NCBI RefSeq assembly: GCF_006345805.1
Contig: NW_021828553.1
Span: 1 to 8,021 of the forward strand
From: Octopus sinensis
Taxonomy: Eukaryota
Direction of reading: 5' to 3'
Length of the DNA stretch: 8,021 nt
Part shown: positions 1-6,065 of the stretch, in pieces
Position numbering within the stretch: position 1 is the first letter of the stretch
Layout of the letters: every line of letters begins with the position of its first letter
The notes under the pieces: generated by a model
Told to the model about the DNA's origin: nothing
Databases searched by the model: none
The model's input: the letters and a program-made list of their open reading frames with translations, nothing else
Made by a program: the position numbers and the translations under genes

Positions 1-45
1 ATAAACATTACCAGGGTGAGTCGGTTTTTTTTTTTTTGTCGTTTA

Positions 46-292
46 ACTTGTTTCAGTCATTAGACTGCGGCCACACCGGGGTATCACTTTGAAGGGTTTT
101 AGTCAAAGAGATCGATCCCTCCCACAACCACCACCATCACCACCACAAATACCTGTTTGTTTGGTTGGGTTTTTTTAACGCGTCTTGTATTTATTTTATC
201 GCGCGTTTTTGCCGAACCGCTATGTTACGGGGACGTAAACAAGCCAACACCGTTTGCCAAGCAGTGGGAAGAGGGCCAAACACACAGACACC
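46..292 (-). mobile_element. 3' half of CORE-type tRNA-derived SINE (octopus-like family), with a (CAC)n-like insertion at ~121-150
   Basis: ACTTGTTTCAGTCATTAGACTGCGGCC and TTTTGCCGAACCGCTATGTTACGGGGACGTAAAC match the 3' half of the full-length copy at 7313-7763 in the same orientation. Confidence 0.85.
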
Positions 293-299
293 CGTACCT

Positions 300-802
300 A
301 TACACTAATTTTGACTTATCTCCTCATTCTAATCAAACACATCGCCTCCCCCATCTATCCACAAATACTACCAATACATTCTCAAATTTTCATTCAAACC
401 ACAAGACACTTTCGAATGAGCAACACAGAATCCACGGCTCCATACTTTGAAATGACTAAACACGAACTACTATCAGAACTTACACACCATGTACAGGAAA
501 CTTTTTTACCACTTCTATACACCATTTTCCTCGAATAATGGAACTGCAACTACAATATCTTTATGTTTTATTTCTACTTTCATTCCCTTATTTCCCTCTA
601 TTTTCCCTATCTCCTCCTTTTCCATAATAATTCCTTATTTCGAACTCAAATATTTACCTCTATTTAACCATCACACACCGTCTTTGATGAAAGGATATCC
701 ATAATATCCCAGAAACAGCTGTAAGACTATATCTATACCGTTTTCCTTATAAATGTCCTGAAAACTCCTCACAGCCTTGGCTTTCTTATCTCATTTTGTC
801 GA
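300..802 (+). mobile_element. Putative non-autonomous Penelope-like/retrozyme-like fragment carrying a hammerhead motif
   Basis: C/T/A-rich segment between a SINE half and a (TA)n tract, containing an HHR-like motif at 680-727. No RT or GIY-YIG similarity is recognisable in the translations. Boundaries are approximate. Confidence 0.4.
680..727 (+). ncRNA. Variant minimal type I hammerhead ribozyme motif (C3U core, unpaired base of stem II)
   Basis: Stem I GTCT(680-683)/AGAC(724-727); core TTGATGA(684-690); stem II GGATAT-ccata-ATATCC with 2-nt mismatched base; GAAA(712-715); stem III AC-AGCT-GT (palindromic); cleavage triplet GTA(721-723). Confidence 0.65.
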
Positions 803-832
803 ATATATATATATATATAATATATATATAAT
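803..832. repeat. (TA)n microsatellite
   Basis: Direct reading. Confidence 0.95.
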
Positions 833-1146
833 AAATATTAGGGAATAAATCCAAATTTACAGGGAAAATCAGATTTAGGATTGAATCCAATTTTATAGTA
901 AAATATTATATAATATTAATTAGAGACAAAACCACTATTTTGCAAATCAAACAAAGAAAGACTTAATCCAATACATTAAAAAATTTTAATATAAATTAAA
1001 TAAAATTATATTCGCCACTACAATTGTTTCATGTCTCTTCTCAGGACATTCATCAGGTGGATTTCAGATCTAAAAATAATCAATATTTTTAAGATATAAA
1101 TTTAAAATGACTAAAACTATAAATAATATAAATTTATCAATGAAAA
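833..1146 (-). mobile_element. AT-rich hammerhead-bearing element (Penelope-like pseudo-LTR-type), left copy
   Basis: Bounded by (TA)n on both sides. Contains an intact HHR on the minus strand at 1015-1060. 907-1146 is duplicated in inverted form at 1217-1456. Confidence 0.6.
1015..1060 (-). ncRNA. Minimal type I hammerhead ribozyme, intact core (mirror copy of 1303-1348)
   Basis: Exact reverse complement of 1303-1348. Confidence 0.85.
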
Positions 1147-1302
1147 TATATATATATATATATATAATCTATATATAATCTATATATAATCTATATATAG
1201 ATTATATATATATATTTTTTCATTGATAAATTTATATTATTTATAGTTTTAGTCATTTTAAATTTATATCTTAAAAATATTGATTATTTTTAGATCTGAA
1301 AT

Positions 1303-1348
1303 CCACCTGATGAATGTCCTGAGAAGAGACATGAAACAATTGTAGTGG
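1303..1348 (+). ncRNA. Minimal type I hammerhead ribozyme, intact core
   Basis: Stem I CCAC(1303-1306)/GTGG(1345-1348); CTGATGA(1307-1313); stem II ATGTC(1314-1318)/GACAT(1328-1332), extendable by CT-GAGA-AG; GAAA(1333-1336); stem III AC-AATT-GT (palindromic); cleavage triplet GTA(1342-1344). Confidence 0.85.
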
Positions 1349-1450
1349 CGAATATAATTTTATTTAATTTATATTAAAATTTTTTAATGTATTGGATTAA
1401 GTCTTTCTTTGTTTGATTTGCAAAATAGTGGTTTTGTCTCTAATTAATAT

Positions 1451-1455
1451 TATAT

Positions 1456-1496
<41 letters not shown>
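1451..1496. repeat. (TA)n microsatellite
   Basis: Direct reading. It lies where the SINE's internal microsatellite is expected. Confidence 0.95.
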
Positions 1497-1499
<3 letters not shown>

Positions 1500-1500
1500 T

Positions 1501-1658
1501 TCTTCTTTCAGTTTTCGTCTACCAAATCCACTCACAAGGCTTTTGTCGGCCCGAGGCTATAGTAGAAGACACTTGCCCAAGATGCCACGCAGTGGGACTG
1601 AACCTGGAACCATGTGGCTGGTAAGCAAACTACTTACCACACAGCCAGTCCTGCGCCT
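1501..1658 (-). mobile_element. 5' half (tRNA head plus CORE-like domain) of CORE-type SINE
   Basis: Minus strand reads AGGCGCAGGACTGGCTGTGTGGTAAG (A box), GGTTCAGTCCC (B box) and GGCATCTTGGGCAAGTGTCTT (resembles MIR core GACCTTGGGCAAGTCACTT). Matches 4202-4365 and 7603-7763. Confidence 0.92.
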
Positions 1659-1861
1659 ATGTAGATAATAATACAGTTGATCGAACAACTGAATTCTCTT
1701 TGTTGAAACCGACGAAGATCCACCACCACCACCACTAGATCTATGGAACCTGTCACTCTGCTACGTCAAAAATGAAATTAAAATCAATGCTGGCGCTAGT
1801 TTTTGTTGTAGGGGTGAAGTATGGTGGAGGAAACCTAATATTTGATTGCAGATTGGAAGCA

Positions 1862-1954
1862 CAAAGCAGTGATTGAGACAGATGTAAACTTGTTACCGGT
1901 TCGAATATGCTTAAGACATATCCCAGCCCGTAAGAAAGCCATTTATTGCATTTT
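1862..1954 (-). repeat. Dispersed copy of the hairpin-bearing segment of the ~335-bp HHR unit
   Basis: Minus strand CTTTCTTACGGG...ATATGTCTTAAGCATATTCGAACCGGTAACAAGTTT...ATCACTG matches 2502-2575 and 2840-2890. Confidence 0.8.
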
Positions 1955-1955
1955 A

Positions 1956-2000
<45 letters not shown>

Positions 2001-2008
2001 CAGTAGTT

Positions 2009-2055
<47 letters not shown>

Positions 2056-2056
2056 T

Positions 2057-2087
<31 letters not shown>
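1956..2087. repeat. (TAG)n microsatellite, 44 units with one CAG and two TTG interruptions
   Basis: Direct reading. It is the source of the poly-Thr and poly-Val ORFs. Confidence 0.97.
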
Positions 2088-2088
<1 letters not shown>

Positions 2089-2136
2089 TTTACGACACCT
2101 ATTTTTACAACACATAAGAAACGCATAAGAAACGTT

Positions 2137-2274
2137 GAGTCTTTTTATTTTTTGACATGACAGTTCCCATTAAAACACCAGAATAACGTAAAATGAACAC
2201 AACACGCTACCCGATCCGGGAATCGAATCCACGATCTAGGGATCGTGAGTGCAACATCCTAACCACTAGGCTGC
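2137..2274 (-). mobile_element. Short tRNA-derived SINE (third family)
   Basis: Minus strand GCAGCCTAGTGGTTAGG (A box) and GATTCGATTCCC (B box). Body and tail match 4875-5007 (CCCATTAAAACACCAG, TTTTGACATGA); head matches 5511-5600. Confidence 0.85.
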
Positions 2275-2344
2275 ATTTTGTTATATAGAAAAGTTTTCGC
2301 TAAACACACCAAGTAGGCTCGGAATGCCCTCTACCCAGACGTTG

Positions 2345-2384
2345 GACACATGCATCTCGGTATAATTATCTCCTCTTCAGTGTC
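2345..2384 (-). ncRNA. Degenerate (probably inactive) minimal hammerhead motif
   Basis: Minus strand GACA-CTGAAGA-GGAGATAATTATACC-GAGA-TGCA-T-G-TGTC. Stem I GACA/TGTC is intact, but GAAA is changed to GAGA and position 17 is G. Homologous to 2708-2747. Confidence 0.55.
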
Positions 2385-2431
2385 GAACTGACTACGAGAG
2401 ACCTAGTATCTCCTATTCTATTCCAGTCAAA

Positions 2432-2890
2432 GTACTGTGATTTGAAGTATTTACACTTAGTTGCCTACGACGAGTTCCTCCGCAAGAAAATGCATGATTA
2501 TCTTTCTTACAGGGTTCGAATATATCTGAAGCATATTCGAACTGGTAACAAGTTTATATTTACATACATCACTGTTTAGTGTTTCTGCTCCTTATTTTAT
2601 TTACAGCAAACCATTGATTAGCGCAACCAGTCGCAGCACGATGACGAGAATATAAGAGATATCCATTTCTTGTTTGTTAGTTCGTAACATTTCCCTTCCT
2701 GGTGTCTGATGCTGAAGAAGAGATAACCACTCCGAAATGCATACATACATCAGTCTGGTGCGCTTCGAACTGATTTGATCTGTTTACACCTTTCTGTCGA
2801 CAGCGACAAATTTTCTCCACGACAAACTGCTGTGATTGACTTTCTAACGGGTTCGAATACGTCTCAAGCATATTTGAACTGGTAACAGGT
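2432..2890 (+). repeat. Degenerate tandem repeat, ~335-bp period (about 1.4 units), containing an HHR motif and a conserved hairpin
   Basis: Colinear anchors: TGATTTGA at 2438 and 2771; TTTACAC at 2450 and 2784; GGTTCGAATA at 2513 and 2850; GAACTGGTAACA in both units. Confidence 0.7.
2706..2753 (+). ncRNA. Minimal type I hammerhead motif, near-canonical
   Basis: CTGAAGA(2712-2718); stem II GAG-ataacca-CTC with an A.C closing mismatch; GAAA(2734-2737). Folds either as palindromic A-TGCA-T with a 3-bp stem I, or as ATG-cata-CAT with a 6-bp stem I CTGATG(2706-2711)/CATCAG(2748-2753). Confidence 0.65.
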
Positions 2891-2914
2891 TGGTATTAGT
2901 ATATGATTGGAGTC

Positions 2915-2992
2915 TCATGTTATCGACACCTGGAAGAATAAAAGTGAAAGTTGACCAGGTCGAGAATTGAACGCAGAGTGTAAAGGGGGCGT
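2915..2992 (-). mobile_element. Degenerate fragment of the RTE-5'/Ceph-like SINE
   Basis: Minus strand TTTACACTCTGCGTTCAATTCTCGACCTGGTCAACTTT...GTGTCGATAA aligns with TTACGTTCTGAGTTCAAATTCCGCCGAGGTCGACTTT...GGGTCGATAA at 6665-6727. Confidence 0.6.
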
Positions 2993-3050
2993 AACTAAAT
3001 ATCAAGGGGACAATTGATATTCACGTTAACAAAGAAAGAGAGAAGAGAAA

Positions 3051-3106
3051 ACAACAACAGCAACAACAACAACAACAACAACAACAACGACGACGACGAC
3101 GACGAC
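3051..3106. repeat. Compound (CAA)n-(CGA)n microsatellite followed by degenerate trinucleotide-like sequence
   Basis: Direct reading. Confidence 0.95.
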
Positions 3107-3212
3107 GTAAGCGGCAATGATGGCATAAGCGGTAACAGTAACAACATCAACAATAGCAACATTGGCGTTGGTAGTTAACATTATATATTTTCTGAAAGCG
3201 GCTACAGTTAAT

Positions 3213-3234
3213 GTCCAGTCCAGTCCAGTCCAGT
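3213..3234. repeat. (GTCCA)4 pentanucleotide repeat
   Basis: Direct reading. Confidence 0.9.
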
Positions 3235-3604
3235 AGACGAGCCAATAGAGAGTTTATTTATGATGAACAGTGGTCAGTTGGGAAGGCCGGACTATTTTAT
3301 TTTCTCGGTCAATAGAAGAGATAAGCATAAGATGAAAATAAACTTTTTGTATTTTTGCTTCTCCATTTTTTCCCTTTTACTTTTTGTGTGTAATGGTAGG
3401 CCTGAAATTATTTGATGCGGATAATTAAGAGTTGATATACAACAAACTAACCTAGTTTGGGCGCCACATAAGCTGCAGATCATATAGAGAGATGATTACA
3501 ATTGATTTCACATTAATGACAGCGAGAATGGTATCGATTCTTTTGTGCAGCACTCCTTATATTATAAGATCTCACCATTGTTAGTTTCCAATCAACATCG
3601 TTAA

Positions 3605-3715
3605 TTCTAAGGACAGCCACCGTATCTATTTTACCAACTGAATAGACAGCATTCTTCTTTAAGATCGAGTTTTTAAAAGCAATGTTTTTTTTTCTACTTT
3701 CTTTTTATTTACTTT
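3605..3715 (+). repeat. Unclassified dispersed repeat, copy 1
   Basis: TTCTAAGGACAGCCACC...CTATTTTAC.AACTGAA.AGACA...ATTCTTCTTTAAGATCGAGTTTTT then a T-rich tract, repeated at 7199-7312. Confidence 0.85.
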
Positions 3716-3920
3716 TAATTACTTCGTCCAGGTGAGAGTTGTGATGAGGACAGACGAGTTTGGTTTTTATTTAAGTTCCTTTTTCTTTTCAGCGTTCTGT
3801 TTTCTCTACCTGGCAATGCATAAATAGCTGTGCCGTTTATAGAGTTTCTAATTCCGGGTTCTATAATCATATGTATTTTTGTTGTTGCTTTTTGTGTTAA
3901 CTTCCACTAACACATAATTA

Positions 3921-4167
3921 TTGGGTCGGTGCATAATTACTGCGACATTTTTTCAACAAATTTTATTCAATAAAAACAATGATATTTAACAAAAACATCT
4001 TTAAATGACGGTCTGACCGTCTGCCAAGCAAACGGGAAGCAGTAATTGAAGTAGATGGTGAATATGCTCCGGAATAATCATTTAAAGATGTTTTTGTAAC
4101 ATGTTGTTATTAGTTTTGTTGAATAAAATTTGTTGAAAAAAGCCGCACTAATTATGCACCAACCCAA
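3921..4167 (+). mobile_element. Mariner-derived MITE/internal deletion derivative, 247 bp, TA target-site duplication
   Basis: Termini TTGGGTCGGTGCATAATTA / TAATTATGCACCAACCCAA flanked by TA (3919-3920, 4168-4169). The imperfect inverted repeats extend ~88-90 bp. 4015-4077 translates to DRLPSKREAVIEVDGEYAPE*, resembling a mariner transposase C-terminus (LP.RW..V....G.Y). Confidence 0.9.
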
Positions 4168-4201
4168 TATAATTAATCTAAGACACCCTCCTCTCGAAGT
4201 C

Positions 4202-4612
4202 AGGCGCAAGTGTGGCTGTGTAGTAAGAAGTTTGCTTCCCAACCACATGGTTCTGGGCTCAGTCCCACTGCGTGGCACCTAGGGCAAATGTCTTCTACTA
4301 TAGCCTCGGGTCGACAAAAGCCTTGTCAGTAGATTTGGTAGACGGAAACTAAAAGAAGCCCGTCGTATATATGTATATGTATATATGTATGTGTGTGTCT
4401 TAGTATCTGTGTTTGTTCCCCTGTTCCCCACCACTGCTTGGTGTATTACGTCCCATAACCTGGCGGTTCGACAAAAAAAAACGCTGAAATAAGGACCAGG
4501 CTTTAATAAAAGTGAAAACTGGTGTCGATTCGTTCGGCTAAAATTCTTTAAGGCGATGCCCCAGCTTGGCCACAGTTTAATGACTGGTAAAAAGAACGAA
4601 AGAATAAAAGAA
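4202..4612 (+). mobile_element. Full-length CORE-type tRNA-derived SINE with internal (TA)/(TG) microsatellite
   Basis: A box TGGCTGTGTAG, B box GGGCTCAGTCCC, CORE-like GGCACCTAGGGCAAATGTCTT, microsatellite at ~4365-4398, and 3' tail ...GGCCACAGTTTAATGACTG...AAAGAATAAAAG. Confidence 0.92.
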
Positions 4613-4640
4613 GGTAATTTTGTTTAGTATTAGAATACAT

Positions 4641-4763
4641 TGGCCTTGCTCGCTTAGCCAGCGGGGTGGGGAGGCGTCATTCGAAGGATAAAACAATGCG
4701 AACGCATTGTGACCAGCGATGTGTAACAACATCTGATGGTCTGGTCGGTCACGTGATCACGTG
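4641..4763 (+). mobile_element. 123-bp retroposed insertion (5'-truncated LINE or SINE 3' end) with a 12-bp target-site duplication
   Basis: ATTAGAATACAT at 4629-4640 and 4764-4775; internal stem-loop ACAATGCG-AA-CGCATTGT (4693-4710); tandem-repeat tail (TCACGTGA)2. Confidence 0.8.
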
Positions 4764-4874
4764 ATTAGAATACATAGCATCTTGGAACAACAGACCATTC
4801 TGATAACAACAAGAGCAACAAAAACACCGGGTCGTCTGCAAGTTTTATTGAAATGTTAAAAAAAAAAAACTTTG

Positions 4875-5007
4875 GGTCTTTTTTCTTTTGACATGATAGT
4901 TCCCATTAAAACACCAGGGCAACGTAAAATAGAAACAACACGCTGCCCGATCCAGGAACTGAACCCACGATCTACAAATGGTGAGTGCTGCATCCTAACT
5001 ACTAAGT
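4875..5007 (-). mobile_element. Short tRNA-derived SINE (third family)
   Basis: Colinear with 2137-2274; B box GGTTCAGTTCC on the minus strand. Confidence 0.85.
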
Positions 5008-5230
5008 AAGTCTTCAAACCAACAGAGTTTGTAAACCGGTTTCAACTTCAAGCGTAGAAACGATTTTATTTTATGTCATCTTACGTCACACAATCGAATT
5101 GACCTATATAAAAAGAAATCAATAGCTCAGTGCAAACGGCAAAAATCAATCTTAAATTGTTACCAGGACGGTGAATTGCAAAATCATTGGAGCGTCGAAC
5201 AAAATGTCATACATTGTTTAGATACATTTC

Positions 5231-5300
5231 TTTACGATATGGGTTCAAATCTTCACGCAGGTTATCTTTTCATCATTTCGAAGTCGGTAAAATAAATAGC
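5231..5300 (+). mobile_element. Degenerate fragment of the RTE-5'/Ceph-like SINE
   Basis: GGGTTCAAATC...TTTTCATCATTTCGAAGTCGGTAAAATAA resembles GAGTTCAAATT...TTTCATCCTTTCGGGGTCGATAAATTAA. Confidence 0.55.
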
Positions 5301-5317
5301 CTGCCATCTTTATCTTT

Positions 5318-5510
5318 CATTTGCTAGTCATTAGACTGCGGCCATGCTGGGGCACAGACTTGAAGAATTTTAATCAAACGAATCGATCCCAGTACTTAGT
5401 TTTTTAAGCTCGTACTTATTCTAGCGGTTTCTTTTGCCGAAGCGCTGTGCTTCGGGGACGTAAACACACTAGCACCGGTTGTCAAGTAGAGGTGGGAGAC
5501 AAATGCAAAC
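5318..5510 (-). mobile_element. 3' half of CORE-type SINE
   Basis: AGTCATTAGACTGCGGCCATGCTGGGGCAC...CTTTTGCCGAAG...GGGGACGTAAACACAC...GGTTGTCAAG matches 7320-7495. Confidence 0.88.
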
Positions 5511-5645
5511 GCATGGCCTAGTAGTTAGGGTGTTGCACTCACGATAGCGAGATCATGGTTTCAATTCCTAGACCAGGTGGTGCGTTGTGTTCTTAAGCAA
5601 CGTACTTCATTTCACGTTGCTCTGCGATCACTTCGACACATGAAG
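5511..5645 (+). mobile_element. tRNA-derived SINE related to the third family (longer body variant)
   Basis: A box TGGCCTAGTAG and B box GGTTTCAATTCC; head homologous to the 2137-2274 and 4875-5007 copies; body has an extra ~16 nt (TTAAGCAACGTACTTC). Confidence 0.8.
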
Positions 5646-5653
5646 TGGGTTGG

Positions 5654-5905
5654 GTGTGTGTGTGTGTGTAAACGTCTGTCTTTCTGTCTGTCTGTGTTTG
5701 CCCCCACCACCACCACCACCACCACCATCATCGCCTAACAACCGATGTTGGTGTGTTTACGCCCCAGTAAGGTAGCGCTTCGGCAAAAGAGACAGATAGA
5801 GTAAGTATTAGACTTACAAAGAATAAATCCTGGGTTCGATTAGCTCGACTAAAGGTGGTGCTCCAGCATGGCCGCAATCAAATAACTGAAACAAGTGAAA
5901 GAATA
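5654..5905 (+). mobile_element. 3' half of CORE-type SINE starting at its (GT)n tract, with a (CAC)n expansion
   Basis: GGTGCTCCAGCATGGCCGCAATCAAATAACTGAAACAAGTGAAAG tail; TTCGGCAAAAGAGAC body. Confidence 0.88.
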
Positions 5906-6065
5906 CAAGAAAAATCGTTAGAAAACGTATTTAACGCCGATTTGATGGAGGGGTCGGCTAATGTGCAGTACGAACATTTGATCACAATAAGCGAATCATT
6001 TGTGCAGGTCGCTCAACAGAAGCTGAATACTCATATGTCGTCTTCGACGGGAAAGTCCACGATAG

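Larger units (their letters stand above)
907..1456. repeat. Perfect inverted repeat: 240-bp arms (907-1146 and 1217-1456) around a 70-bp TA/(ATATATAATCT)n core
   Basis: Base-by-base comparison by eye found no mismatch or indel (paired coordinates sum to 2363 at both ends). The core contains its own gapless palindrome centred at 1195/1196 (AATCTATATATAGATT). Confidence 0.97.

Noticed and set aside
157-704. Three overlapping + strand ORFs (97, 94 and 71 aa)
   Set aside because: They start inside a SINE fragment or consist of low-complexity composition-driven sequence. I looked for Penelope RT or GIY-YIG motifs and found none.
1753-2128. Poly-Thr and poly-Val ORFs
   Set aside because: They are translations of the (TAG)n microsatellite.
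2113-2134. CATAAGAAACG repeated twice
   Set aside because: A simple 11-bp tandem duplication with no intervening insert; no functional evidence.
2677-3483. Short minus-strand ORFs (64 and 63 aa)
   Set aside because: No recognisable domain; the first is antisense to the HHR tandem unit.
4078-4278. 66-aa minus-strand ORF
   Set aside because: It spans the MITE arm and the SINE head. MPRSGTEP-like peptides recur wherever this SINE is translated.
4202-4290. SINE heads as genuine tRNA genes (also 2200-2274 and 5511-5590)
   Set aside because: A and B boxes are present, but the acceptor and anticodon stems do not pair properly and each head continues into a SINE body.
5082-5131. CRE-like TTACGTCA, TATATAAAAAG and TCAGT as a pol II core promoter
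   Set aside because: TATA-to-Inr spacing is only ~22-24 nt rather than ~30, such motifs are common in AT-rich DNA, and no downstream gene is visible.
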